A stretch of 64,000 bases of DNA. Origin: Perna viridis (taxonomy: Eukaryota). The notes below the pieces were generated by a model. It was given only the letters and a program-made list of their open reading frames with translations. It did not search any database and was not told where the DNA came from. Below, in pieces: positions 28,194-41,408 of the stretch. The DNA is taken from positions 37,358,664 to 37,422,663 of the forward strand of contig CM074520.1 in assembly GCA_037379345.1 (NCBI GenBank), given 5' to 3'. Within the stretch, counting starts at the first letter, position 1; each line of letters starts with the position of its first letter. Both the position numbers and the translations under genes were made by a program.

Positions 28194-31100
28194 CTGAAAG
28201 AGGGAATGAAGGCAAAGGTCATTGCACTTATTATGAGAACTATCCGATAGCCATAACATGTTTTACTGTCTCCTATTGAAAGATTGCAGCCATAGAAGAT
28301 TCCATTGTTAATCCTGGGGGGTGACAGGTTGCAACATGCAACAGAGTCATCACTCTAATGAACAAGTAATTTTTCATTCCATTTTTACCAAGGAGAACAT
28401 GCACTAATGAAGTGTTGTGAGAAAGCCTATGCTCCTTCTTGTCATTTGATAACAAACAGTAAAATTGAGACGTGATTTAAATGGCATACAGATCAATATA
28501 ATCAAAACTTGTCACATAAAAAACGCAAGATTTACGTCCCCTTTCACAATACACTAATCAATAGATGAATTAAATCCTGACTGCAATCCCAGGACAGCAT
28601 AATTAAAGACATTTTTGTAGTACAAGTATATTATGTGACCTAATCTGGAGAAATTTTGCTGCAGGCCTTTTGTTGTTTTTTCTGGATCAGTGGTTGAAAG
28701 AACTGTGAAGGCAATTAATCAATGTTCATCTAGCACTGACAAGTGGATTTAATGTGTCTTACACAACCATCAAACCCCCGTTATCTTATAAGAAGCAAAT
28801 CATTCAATTTTATAGACACATGTCTTTACTTGTACTTTTTCGTCAATAGACCTGACCTTTGAGTCTAAAACTGAGGTTTATATCTATAAGACTGACCTTG
28901 ATAAAAGAAACATTAATAATTTTGTTCTTTTTTTTCAAATTTGACCCTACAACACTCCTATCTTTTGATCAAAACAAACAGAATGAGTCAACAACAGTAC
29001 AAACCACTTTCAATTTTTTTTGCCTCGCATGTTCTCCCGATGACAAACCAAAATGTAAATGTGACCTATTGCATGTTCATTTTCTCTCTTATAAATTTAC
29101 ACTGATAACTTGCATTAAGCATCACAATACTAAATCTGTTCATTATCATTTTCTCATGACATCTAATTGATTTCGGACACAATTATAAAAAGTATTGCAT
29201 CATAATATAATTTAGAAACTTCCATTTTTTTCTTTCTAAAATTGGGTGCTGCATATCAAAGTGTGAAGTTGCCTTCATTTGTGGTTACACATTAATGTAG
29301 TTAGCAGAAGTTCTGAAGTCTTCCTTTTCATCAGGTGGTTTGAATTTTGAAGAGAAACTTTAATTCTTCTGAAAAAGTACTGGACCAAAAATAATGACAG
29401 GCATATTTCAAATAAGTCCAGTGAATATCAGGCAACTCTCTGAACGAAGACCTGGCAAAAATTCAATATTCCAGTCATTGTTTAGTTTTTTTCTCTGGAA
29501 AATCTTGGTTTAGACATTCTGATTTCTATACTTGCAAGACCTAATATCTCATCAAAAGGTTTGAACTTTCCATGTGACTGCTTTAACATTTAGAAGGAAA
29601 TCAGGCCTTTCATTAAGAGGCGGTACCAGGTACTTTTACCCTTCCAAACTACTGAAAGGTACCTCCAGAATTTTAACATTTCATGCATTTTTATGAAACA
29701 AAATTATGAAAGTACCTTCTACAAAACCAAAGATACCTGCATTGCAAAAAATTAATTAAACTCTTGGGAAATGATTCTGATGTTTGAGCAACCATTTTAT
29801 AACCAGTTAACATCGAACTTTCTGCGTATTTCTCTTTATTTATATGCACTTGAAACATTCAACTCATACAATGTATCTATTAATCATGCAGTTGGTGATT
29901 GTATATCCTATTAATAGTATACTGTATCACAACATGTATTTTTTGCATGATTCTTAGGTGAATCTGTTTTTAAAATCTTTCATGGAGAAAAATCTTATTT
30001 CATAATACACCTACAATCATTCCAAAGAGAGCCATTGCCCACAGAAAAAAAGACTCCATAGTTAGATACAGTGGTTTGAATATTTTTCCAGCATTATGGC
30101 TTCCATTAAATGTTTAAAGGTCAAAATCATATTTCCTATATTATTATCATGCCAACATGCTACTTTCTAACAATGATACTATGAAATTAGCATTCAACAA
30201 AATACCCAGTTATCTTCTTAACATAACAAGCCAATGTGACTTAAAATTGAATAACGTGCATTATCTTAATCTTTTCTATCAACTGTTAAAACCGATCATA
30301 TCTTATTTTCACAAGGATGAAATTCACTCAAGAGAATAATCGATATAGAAAACAAGCTACTTTCGATATAAAGTACCAGCCTCAGCAAGAATTGGGCAAA
30401 AATTTGGAAAAATCTGAAACATGCATGCAGAAATCCTTACCAGATTTAAAACTGATTTTATCTCCACAACATAATAAATAATGATGAAGTTTTTAACAAG
30501 TGTTTATTCATTGATGGTGTTGTCTATTGCTGTGAATTATTTATTTGCAGTGTTTTTCATTAAAGAAAAACTTAATAATAGACCCTCTAATGAGAACTAG
30601 TATTTCATCTTGCCAAGTCCTTCAGCAAGGAGAAAACTACTTCCCTCTAAAATTTGATTGAACACGATCAGAATTTTCATTTGGAAGTACCATATACATC
30701 AAGGAGGTACTTGCCAAATCAATTTTGAAGTAAGCATGGAAAGGCCTTTTCCAGAAAAAATAACTCTGATGGTATAAATAGTGAAAATTTTGTTGCATTC
30801 CACTACATGATTCTTACAAAGATTGGTCAATAAATAATCTTCCAGGTCAATAAATAGTTATGTTTTACTAGAATGGTTCAATATCATTCATCAATTTGTT
30901 AAAAGAAATTATCATGTCCAACATGTTGATGTTAGAGCATGTTTGTAAACAAACTTAATGTATTCAAATAGGTTATCATTTCCTCACAACACAAAACATA
31001 AGATTAATAGATGCTTTAAGCAGCACATGCCAAACTCTTCTAAAACATGATCAAACAGCTTTTCAAAAGATCTTGCACTGAATGAACTTATTTTTAGAGA

Positions 31101-32017
31101 TATTTTCAAAATGCATTACTACTAGGTCAATTTCCTATGAAAGCAAAGTGAAAGTAAAATTCCACTTTGCTCCAAAAACTTATCCGACACCAAATAATTT
31201 TTTATGCTATTTATAAAATCTGAACTTCTACATAGCCAGTAACCCTTGAAATACAGAGGTTGGACCTTTAAGTTAATTCAGAATAAGATCCAGAGAAAGA
31301 GTGTACAAAAAAGCAGAATTCAGGGCTATTACTGGTCTAATTTCACTTCTTAAAATGCATAATTATGAAATACTGTCTGACTAACAGATATGTCAAACAT
31401 TCAATCAGTCGGACAGAAATTTTGAAAGTTTTTGACTGCTTACATAGGAGGAAAAGGTCAAATTTGGATTTCAGTCAGTCTGAAAACTGAAAATGCACCA
31501 AATTAACCAAAATTTCCCCCAAAAAAAGGCATGCATAAATGCATCTCAATAATTACAAGTTCAGACACACTTTATCTCCTTTTTTTTGTTGTTCTGAAGA
31601 ATCGTTAATATTTGATTCAATGTACAAATGTCATATACGTATAAGTAACAAAAGACATTTTTTTACAACCGATTCTACAATTCTTCATTGAGATTTTTAT
31701 CCTAAGTTTTCCGTCCTTTACCTGATATCAAGCCTGAGCTAACAAATTTTAAATGAATTGAAATAAAAATTATTGGTTTGTTAGCCAAATTCTGCAAGTC
31801 CACCAGCATTTTTACCAGCCATGGCTGTTGGTAAATTCCTAAGACTGCAACTAAGAAAATACATAACATTCACTTATAAACTATTTATTAACTGCGAAAA
31901 TATACACTGAAGAGTTATCTACCTCATTTATAAGCAGTGACAGTATACATAGAAGAGTTATCTTCCTTGTTTATAAACAGTGATAGTACACAATGTATAC
32001 ATAGGAGAGTAATCTAC

Positions 32018-32078
32018 CTTAGAATTGTCTTCATCTTCACTGTCACTAACAGTCAAATCTTTACTCACATCATCAGCT
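32018..32078 (-). CDS. AFF4: AFF4/lilli exon 8, ADDVSKDLTVSDSEDEDNSK
   Basis: 61 nt, poly-T-aag| to |gtagat, phase 2 to 0. Resembles AFF LKDDLKLSSSEDSD. Confidence 0.87.
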
Positions 32079-34370
32079 CTTAAAAAAAAAAAGAATGAAA
32101 TTAACATGTCAGACTAGAACACAAAATCAAACAACTATTATGCAATGGTATGAAGGAAAAAAATAACAAAAGACCAGGATATTCTTGAAATTTTTGATGT
32201 AGGAAAAAAAAAAAAAGATCAGAAAGATTAACGATTTTCCGTGCCATTTAGTTGCCAAACTGATTCAGTAATTAAAACAAAAAACAAAAAACGCTCATCT
32301 AGTAATGCTGGTCAAAGAAAATGTAATATTTTTCATTTCTGACATTAAACCCTTATAAATGAATTTAAGTTTAGTAAGGAGCATTTAGGCACAATCTCAT
32401 TTATCATGGGGCAAATATTTTAATTGATTTTGAGATGGGCTACCAAACTTTTGGGTAAAATTCAGTTGAACATATAGCAAATATTCAACAGAAATATTAT
32501 CTTGGCTACCAGCTTGAAATTCCCAAGTTCTACTCCTGACCTACATGTAATGCTTTTGTTTGCCTGTCAAATCACCATCAATAATTATTGTACAAGTTCT
32601 CAATGTAATAACTTAACCTAAAATTTCATTTATTGCACTTTAGTACAGATCTTTCCAAACCTACATCATAGAGTACCAATCACTGTCATGGAGATAATAA
32701 AAACTTGTTTTCATCAAAGTGCATCTATTTGTTTGTGAAGATTTCAATGTAAAGAGATTATACACTGAAACTTATTGTTATGTAATTTCTAACAAAAACA
32801 AATAAAACTACATTAATTAAAAATGTACAGCTATGAAATTGTATGATTGCAGTCCATAAGGTTCCAAACCTTTTTACAAAAGAATCTGTGGAATTTACTG
32901 ACAAACAATAATTAACCCTAAAATGGATTTTGGTAATATAAAATGCATCGATCAGAAATAATGTTGCAATATTCAGTATCAACAATCTGCTCAAGGTTAA
33001 ATTCACAAGGACAAAATATGGTTTGTTCTGCGGTTTGATATGCAAATCTTACGATATGAAACATCATTATTGAAAATGTTTTCTTTCTTTTTTTCAATAT
33101 AAACCCATGCACTTTTGTCAGTTTTCTTTATTGGAACAGGTAAGCCAATAATGAGCTAACATGCATCATAAATATGTCCCAATATGATTTCCTCAATAAA
33201 ATGATCAAATTCCAAAATACTTTGGTTTGACAAAATGAGAATAAAACAAGATTTCCACAAGATTAAACCAACTATTGTATTGAATGACTTTTTAAACACA
33301 AAATTCCATGATATAAAGCCAGCAAACTGTTACAACTATTGATATTCCTGTATGGAGGAAACCATTTTTAAAGGAAAGTTGCAACTTTTTCAGACCACAC
33401 TCAATATGTTGTTCTTAAATCAGTGAATTGATTTACTCTATTTCTGTTAGCAGTGGCTAACAAATGAGAATGAAAAACAATAAATCAGCTGGTGTGGAGA
33501 AAGAAGTTAAAAGACAGAATGATGTTATCTTTTTCTCTAGTTTCTTTGTTCAGTACATATGTACTTAAAATCTAAAATAAGCATTGAAATTTCAAAGGTA
33601 ATTTATGCCAATTTCATTATACTATATTCCTAAGTAAGGAATTGCCATCAGTGGATAATTTGGTAACACCACAGTTGTGAGAAAAACTTTTATAATTTAT
33701 TTTTTTCTATAAGTCACCAAAAACTTCACAACTTTAAGTCATATAGAATATTATTTCAGATCAAAACTATTTCCCTGTTTGATCAATAAAAAAACATTCT
33801 TTTTCAGTTTTTTTGGCAGTCTTTACAGGCTACAAGCTACTCCACAAAATTCCAGGGGAGTTTTATTTAAACATCTTCTTGGTATTTCAAATTTTGTTCA
33901 GTAAGATAATTTTAATAGATTACAGTGCATACAATAAACACAATCAGTAGTGTTTAAATGACAATTATCTAATAAACTGTATTAAGTAGTTACACTGGGC
34001 AAATGAGAAGATTTCTATTTTCCATCATTCCACAGGTTTTTGAATCTATGTCTGATAGATGGTCAATCTGTTTCTTAACTGACAAGCTAACTAAGGGAGT
34101 TTACCTGGTGTTTGTCATTTAATCAGGGGAAGGAAAGAGAAATCAAGGGAACCAAGATTCAAAAGAATGTAATTCAGGGATAAAGGCACAGAAAACAGGC
34201 AAACACAACAAAAAACATAAAGTAACTAAAATAATACATACAAAATAACAAAAGTAAATGAGCAACTAGGACTCCACTAAAAACTGGGAACATGGACCAG
34301 GTGCACTGGTAGGGTAAGAATATCTCATGAACATCCTTATTGTATGTGCTATAACTGGTTGCCTACTTAC

Positions 34371-34518
34371 TTTTCAGTTTTGACTGGCACAGGTGGCGGT
34401 TTAATAGGTGTTTCTGGAGGGGTTATCAGGGGTTCTATTGGTTTTAAGAGTGATATGTTCAAACAGTCCTTGTCCTCATCACTTGATGATGATCTTTTTG
34501 ATGGTCTGGTATGGTTAC
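34371..34518 (-). CDS. AFF4: AFF4/lilli exon 7, NHTRPSKRSSSSDEDKDCLNISLLKPIEPLITPPETPIKPPPVPVKTE
   Basis: 148 nt, tttttatag| to |gtaagt, phase 1 to 2, open frame, Ser/Pro-rich. Confidence 0.85.
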
Positions 34519-35739
34519 CTATAAAAACAAAACATGTCAGATATTACAACATTTTCAAGACCAAAACTTAACAATACAAAACAGAAAGTTGTAGTTGACC
34601 AGTCCTAAACTACATGTAGTATTTAATACAATAGAAAAGGAATCAGTAAACAAAACTTGACTGAAATGGACAGAATACAGCCATAATACAAAATGATTAA
34701 GAACTATCCAGGTTTCAAAATTAATTTCTGTGTAATCCAAGCATTTTTCAATGAGAGAATGGGGCATTTTGTTCCTTACACAAAACAAACCATGGTTATA
34801 TACCCAAAAAATGTCAAAGTGGTAGGGTATATCAACCAAAAATTTTTTATTACTTGGCCTTTGAAAAAGAAACCTGTAGCTTTTCATTATAGATGTTGCT
34901 GCACTACAAAATATTAGTAAACAACTAAAACCACATCCGTGTTTAAAATGCTTACACAACAAAATAAAATCTTATTTTATATATGCCAGCAACATTCACT
35001 TCGGATTGCATAATTTAAGTGATTTACAAAATGAATATAATAACTGAAGTGAAAATCGGTCAGACAATGTTTATGGATATAAAATTTTGGAAATAAGAAA
35101 ACCTCATATATTTTTGGTCTCCCACAAAATTGGCACTGGCATGGTGTTATTTTATGGGATGGAATCATGGAATGGTATCGTGGAGTAGAATTTTGGACAA
35201 GTTGTTAGAGTTGTATTGTTTTTTTTTTTTTTTTCCTTTTTCAAATGTCATTGATGAACTAATTAATTTATGTAGTTACATTTTTAAGAATATAACAAAA
35301 ATAGACAACAGTTTCAAACAAAAAAAAACATAAATGATAAACTGTTATGTAACCCCAAAACGATGCAAAAATATATATCAAAGATCAAACTTTAATCCAA
35401 ATTCAAAACCATATTATCAATTCCAAGTTCAACTCCAAGACTCCACTCTTTACCTCCACTCCATAAAATAGATTATACCACTGACACCCATCACTAGATT
35501 GGTAAATTATTTATAGAAACTTCTAAATATAAAACACATAATCAGAACAATTATATCATACAGTTAGTGTGACACACATAATACATCATAACAATCCAAC
35601 CAGAACAGCTAATGAAATACCACATATACAAAGGTCAAATTTGCATAACCATGTCTTTGCATCTGTGATTACAGATTTATTTTCTTTGATGTGTTTCTTT
35701 GTCTAATAATTTGATTTAGTCAGAACTACATGTACTTAC

Positions 35740-35764
35740 TTTTAAGATCACTTTGGTTTCTTCC
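35740..35764 (-). CDS. AFF4: AFF4/lilli microexon 6b, GRNQSDLK (25 nt)
   Basis: ttattttctattgcag| to |gtaagt, phase 0 to 1. Also supplies the needed phase shift. Confidence 0.68.
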
Positions 35765-35786
35765 CTGCAATAGAAAATAATTTATT

Positions 35787-35995
35787 TACTGTGAAAGTAC
35801 TTTTATTCGTGGGTACCAATTTTCGTGATTTAGGGGAAAATCATCAGTTCAAAGATTCTTAAATTCGTGGATTTGACAACTTCATCATACAAATGAATGG
35901 TTAATTTCCTTTTCATTGGGAACTAGATTTCATGGTTTAATGAACCAACTAAAACCATGAAATGGTACCACAGGAACAATGATACTTACACAATA
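35787..35995. mobile_element. MITE of the tactgtgaaagtact family lying between microexons 6a and 6b
   Basis: Colinear with the two halves of 5820-6552; right TIR degenerate (gatacttacacaata). Confidence 0.8.
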
Positions 35996-36052
35996 TAAAT
36001 TTTGCTTTAGTAATTTCTTTTTTTTGAAGAGTAAATACTTATCCCAGCTTAC

Positions 36053-36083
36053 TTAAAGTGTTCTGAGGTTCTGTTTCCCATGA
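36053..36083 (-). CDS. AFF4: AFF4/lilli microexon 6a, SWETEPQNTL (31 nt)
   Basis: cctgcag| to |gtaagc, phase 0 to 1. Supplies the phase shift needed between exons 5 and 7. Confidence 0.6.
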
Positions 36084-36482
36084 CTGCAGGCAAGTAAAAA
36101 AATCATCAGGGAGCAAAGTCACATGAAGACATAATTACAGTCTGTATTAGGCCAGTTTTCAAAATGTTCAGTAAATTGGGTTGAAGCATCGTATCATAAA
36201 AATCTCAATTTGACTATTTCCTAAAATTCTTCCTCAACACACATTTATACAAACAAGATAGCTTGAAATTTGAAGTAGGGGCAAAACTCAAGGATTTGAG
36301 GAAACCAAACTAAGTTACAATACACTAAGACTTGTGTAAACATATTTTCTTTCTGATATGTTTTGTTTTGTTTTGATTGTTGGTTGTTTTGTTTTTTGTT
36401 TGATTTCTGTGGAAGATTAACACTGCATTAAGATACAAAATACTTCACAGAACATTTCTACTGCTTGAAAGGCAGTACTTAC

Positions 36483-36566
36483 AATTATATTATAAGGGAA
36501 GGGAAAATGTTCATCTTTCTGTGGTGTAGATATCGCCGTCAATGGATGCTCTAAATGTGTCATCTC
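36483..36566 (-). CDS. AFF4: AFF4/lilli exon 5, EMTHLEHPLTAISTPQKDEHFPFPYNII
   Basis: 84 nt, ttacag| to |gtaagt, phase 0 to 0. Matches EMTHSWPPPLTAIHTP...KFPFP (ALF/ELL-binding region). Confidence 0.93.
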
Positions 36567-36752
36567 CTGTAATGAGATTAAATAAAAACATTCTTACCAA
36601 CAAGAAAACAAAGTAGGGAATATAGAATCATAATTAAGTAACAAGTGATAAAGTATTAATTCAGGTGCATCTCTCATTGTAAAGGTAGTACAGGGAAATT
36701 TGTCCAAAACTTAACCTGAATAAACTAACCATGTTCTGGAGTTCAATCTACA

Positions 36753-36806
36753 TTTGTTTGTTTGTTGGGGTGTATAGCAGCAATATTTCAGCTATATTCA
36801 GGCGAT
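36753..36806 (-). mobile_element. 5'-truncated 54-bp tail-only copy of the same retroposon family
   Basis: Shares gcagcaatatttcagctatattcag and (TTTG)n. Perfect 13-bp TSD agttcaatctaca at 36740-36752 and 36807-36819. Confidence 0.85.
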
Positions 36807-37179
36807 AGTTCAATCTACAAAGGGTGGCGATGTGGCAGGGGTCCAAATTTTCTTACAGGAGTAAAAGGTATTAGATTTTTTCAAGTTTCCAATCAATGGT
36901 CCATTTGAGTACACTCAAAAGTCCTCAATAGTCAAATAAGTATCAATGAACACAGTTCAACATCATAGAACTGGGTAAATGAAATTTCAAGGGTCCAAGG
37001 TGTAAAATTAACGGTACTCTGACCATGGCCAATTTGAACCCAAGCGAGATTGGGCCGAGCAGTTTCTATGAAGTTTATGACCAAGTGCAACAACGAGGAT
37101 TGTTTTCTTCAATAAAAAGAGGGTTCAGTTCATAGTGCAGCTTAACAGTTATAAAGATCTTGACTCAATTGCACTGTAG

Positions 37180-37990
37180 CATGACAAACAAATCAGATAG
37201 CCAAAGATGTAAGGCCCCCCAACAAAGCCATGACAAACAAATCAGATAGTCAAAGATGTAAGGCCCCAAACAAAGCCATGACAAACAAATCAGATAGCCA
37301 AAGATGTAAGGCCCCCAACAAAGCCATGACAAACAAATCAGATAGCCACAGATGTAAGGCCCCCAACAAAGCCATGACAAACAAATCAGATAGCCAAAGA
37401 TGTAAGGCCCCAACAAATCCATGACAAACAAATCAGATAGCCAAAGATGTAAGGCCCCAACAAATCCATGACAAACAAATCAGATAGCCAAAGATGTAAG
37501 GCCCCCAACAAATCCATGACAAACAAATCAGATAGCCAAAGATGTAAGGCCCCCAACAAATCCATGACAAACAAATCAGATAGCCAAAGATGTAAGGCCC
37601 CCAACAAATCCATGACACAAACAAATCAGATAGCCAAAGATGTAAGGCCCCCAACAAATCCATGACAAACAAATCAGATAGCCAAAGATGTAAGGCCCCC
37701 AACAAATCCATGACAAACAAATCAGATAGCCAAAGATGTAAGGCCACAACAAATCCATGACAAACAAATCAGATAGCCAAAGATGTAAGGCCCCCAACAA
37801 ATCCATGACAAACAAATCAGATAGCCAGAGATGTAAGGCCCCCAACAAATCCATGACAAACAAATCAGATAGCCAAAGATGTAAGGCCCCAACAAATCCA
37901 TGACAAACAAATCAGTTAGCCAAAGATATAAGGCCCCAACACATCCATGACAAACAAATCAGATAGCCTAAGATGTAAGGCCCCCAACAA
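37180..37990. repeat. ~48-bp minisatellite, about 17 copies
   Basis: Unit catgacaaacaaatcagatagccaaagatgtaaggcccccaacaaatc with a variable C-run. Confidence 0.97.
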
Positions 37991-39721
37991 ATTGTATAAT
38001 TTTTTCTTAGCTACTTCTTTTATATCATATGTTAAGAAACATCTTGCATACAGTGAACAAAATTTAATTATACTTTTCGTATTCAATCAAACCAGATGCC
38101 ATTTTCAAATATTATTAGTCCACAATACTAACTTAAGCAGACTGTGTATGTGTTTTGCCATTTAAACAAAAAAAATTAAATGTCCTTACTAGAAACTTGT
38201 TAATGTAAATTATGACAATAGTTTGTACTTTTGGCCTTTGTTCAAAGTCATAAATTTACAAGGTCAACAGATACACTTGACAGTTGAACAAAAATTATTT
38301 AAACTTTTATACACTGATTAAATAGATAAGAAAAATTCAGTACATATATTGATTAACTGTGAAGAACTACCACAACTGGGAGTCATCATGTTAAAGCATT
38401 TCAAGCAGAGATTTTAATTGGAGTATGACCACAATAAAAGACGAAAGAACTAAAAAAAAAAAATCACAATGAGTATTGATAAACAATACAAATTAGGAAA
38501 CCTAAAACTCATGACATTCAGAAGTATTCAAACAAATATTAAATATTTTGTGAAACCTTCAGGAATTTCAAATATTTTTTCCGTTCAAACAGGGTTTATA
38601 TTTGCCCTCGAAAATGAGGATACAAAAATCCCTGCTGTTCAGCAGTTCAGAAGAGTAAAATGACCAACAGAGTTTTGGCAGGATTGGGTAAAGAATGAAT
38701 CAGAAGTCCTACAATGTAAAACTAGTTTAATAATCATAGGTCCAAGGATTCAATAATTTTTCAATTTTTTCCAGCAACAAAATACTTGAATTAATTAAAA
38801 GCTATGCTGGCCAAAGCATATTGGATGAGTCTTGTATGATTTTTCTCATTTCTACATGTTTATTGTTGTCACTATATCATTATTTCTTGTTCTGTCTTCA
38901 TCTCTTGATGATAACAAATTCCTCAAGTTCAAACTTTTTTCAGCCATTGATTTGAAAAGTCAGACTTGTGTAGGTGGGTTTCAAACACTACAGGTAAACA
39001 ATTTATACAGGCACATGTTTTAAATGACATTAATGCTTTATTCAAAAGCTTAAACCATCAAAAATATGACAAACTCAATGGAACACATGATCTAAAACAT
39101 TCTACAAAAATTCACATAAAAAGCTTCATCTTCATATGAAATATTTACAAACAACAGGAAATAAACTTACAAATTTAACACTATTTGACCTTTAACTAAG
39201 TTCAAAGATATTGAATTAGTTCTATAATTGTTTGGTTAAGAAAAACAAACTTGATTGCAACCTGCAGGGTACACATACACCAACTATTTTCAAGTCTGTT
39301 TACAATTTAAGAAATTTGCTACATGTCAAGAAATAAACACCTAAAAATAACCTAGCAGATTAATTGTAGCTAAATATAACATCATTTGATTAGAGGCCAA
39401 TTATCTTCAGAGTTTTGAGCACCTAATTAGGATATGATTGGTTCACACTGGGACAAAATCAATAAATGCATATACAGAATTTATTGGATCTGGATTCAAA
39501 TCTGACACTTTAGATGCTAAATTTTCCTTTTATGGGACTAATAACCACATGCTTGTAGACGTCAACAACTTGTCTAGGAATTTTATATGACATCAACTAA
39601 AAACACAAACCATGATCAAATTTAGCAACAATCTCGAACAAACCAGAAATAGAAAATTGTAAAACTTTGCCTTCAAAATCCTCAATTGATTTCATATTCT
39701 TCATATATATTCGACATAAAC

Positions 39722-39791
39722 GAAATCTACCAGCATGATATATAAGCTGCTTAAGATGAAATCTACCAGCATGATATATAAGCTGCTTAAG
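39722..39791. repeat. Perfect 34-bp tandem duplication
   Basis: gaaatctaccagcatgatatataagctgcttaag occurs twice, separated by 2 nt. Confidence 0.9.
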
Positions 39792-40357
39792 GTCTCAGCA
39801 GATCAATATTTAGCACCGTACATGTGAATGAAGTGACTAGTCTATTATATCTTTCTCCTCTGCAGACAACTAAGGTTAATAATAAGATGTATGCGAAAAC
39901 AATTGTCTTAGATTAGCACAACAAGACTGACGGCAGATCAGGAAAGACTTAAATAGATTACAATTAAAGGAAAGTGTCCACAATGCATAATTCTTGTCAC
40001 TTATAAATGTCAGTAGGGCATCCATGATAAAAGAGTCAGATTCTCTTTTTGTTCCACTTATATTATTATTCTCACAACTTTGAACTCCTGGGAACAGACA
40101 GACAAGCTAATTACATAACAAGTTTCTATGGACTTCCAGGAAGAAGACAGTGTATGCCATTATACAATTGCAAAATGTGTGTGGTCACATAAAAAGGAGC
40201 TATATATACAGTTTTGGATTTCTACTAAACAAACTAAAATAACCTTTGAATTATGCAACTTATCTTGATGAGAACAAAATGGCATACATTTAAACAAAAA
40301 TGAAAAAAAAAACACATTAAGAAGATACCATGATCATACATACAATCTTATGCAAGG

Positions 40358-40383
40358 TCAGACAGACAGACAGACAGACAGAC
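40358..40383. repeat. (CAGA)n microsatellite
   Basis: About 6 perfect units. Confidence 0.9.
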
Positions 40384-41122
40384 AACATACCACTGGGTCA
40401 AAAGACATACATGTATGCATATACATTACATACAAGTTTGGCATTTCATGATATTTTAATCAGATACTGCACCACATGAGCACAAAACATGACACTAAGA
40501 AGCAATATTCATTGCTCTAATTAATCTGAAGATCCCTGACAAGGTACATGTCTCAATAAAAGGTGAAAGCACCCCATTCTCCTGCCAAGTTCAGGTCAGA
40601 TGTCTTTCTACATGTGCCTTGTATAACTACAGGTGGAATGTGTCCCTTGCACATCAGCATGTAGGAGGGGACAAGAAGGGTACTATTCAGTGAAGTATTT
40701 GTAGAGAAGTACTAGTACAAATATCAGATGCAGCAGCATAGTAGCCCTTTGTTTTCAGACATTTGTCAAAACCAACAATTTTCTTCTTCCAACATAAACA
40801 CAGAAATTGTCAAATTAAATTCTAACTTTTCATTCTGTTTGTACAAAAAGTATGCACTTCTGATTGTGAAGTGAGCTTAAATGGTCTCTTTTTTCACAAA
40901 TTGTGACCCTTATTTTCCAGCTGGAATAATATACTGTTTACTAGTGTGAGTACTAATAGTGTGCACAATGTGAGCTCAACAGCACCGTGTGTACGTGAAA
41001 ATAGCATTCCTGAGATAGTACCTAGTGATAGCTATCAGCTGAACCAGAATATGTTCGGTAGTCAGCAGAAATAGCCATAAAATAGAAGTTCCATGAATTA
41101 AAGTACTTTCACAGTAACTTTC

Positions 41123-41408
41123 CAGGGTTTGACACCAACATCATTTGTTTGGTGGTCAACAGGACTATTTCAGAGGTTAAATAGGTAGTCCCCAGATGGT
41201 AATGACAGTTCTGTTCTTAGATCTTATGAAATATAAGGCTTAATTTAGATGGCCCAAAGGACTACCATGAACATTTTTCAAGTAGTCCTCTCCAAAATTT
41301 GGGTGGAATAGGACTATAGGACTACTGTTAGTGTCAATTTTTTCAAGTAGTTCTCTCCAAAATTATGGTGGCATAGGACTATAGGACTACTGTTAGTGTC
41401 AATCCCTG
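41123..41408. mobile_element. CAGGG-ended MITE with an internal ~64-bp tandem duplication of its right end
   Basis: TIR cagggtttgacaccaaca/tgttagtgtcaatccctg; 5-bp direct flank ctttc. Confidence 0.7.

Noticed and set aside
37165-37990. CRISPR-like appearance and multiple ORFs in the 48-bp array (also 1740-1984 and 24030-24325)
   Set aside because: These are head-to-tail repeats with no unique spacers, no cas genes, and a eukaryotic intronic context.
38840-38990. Coding-looking purine-rich stretch on the minus strand (MAEKSLNLRNLLSSRDEDRTRNND...)
   Set aside because: It ends in a stop without a usable donor, and exons 4 and 5 already join in frame across a conserved motif.
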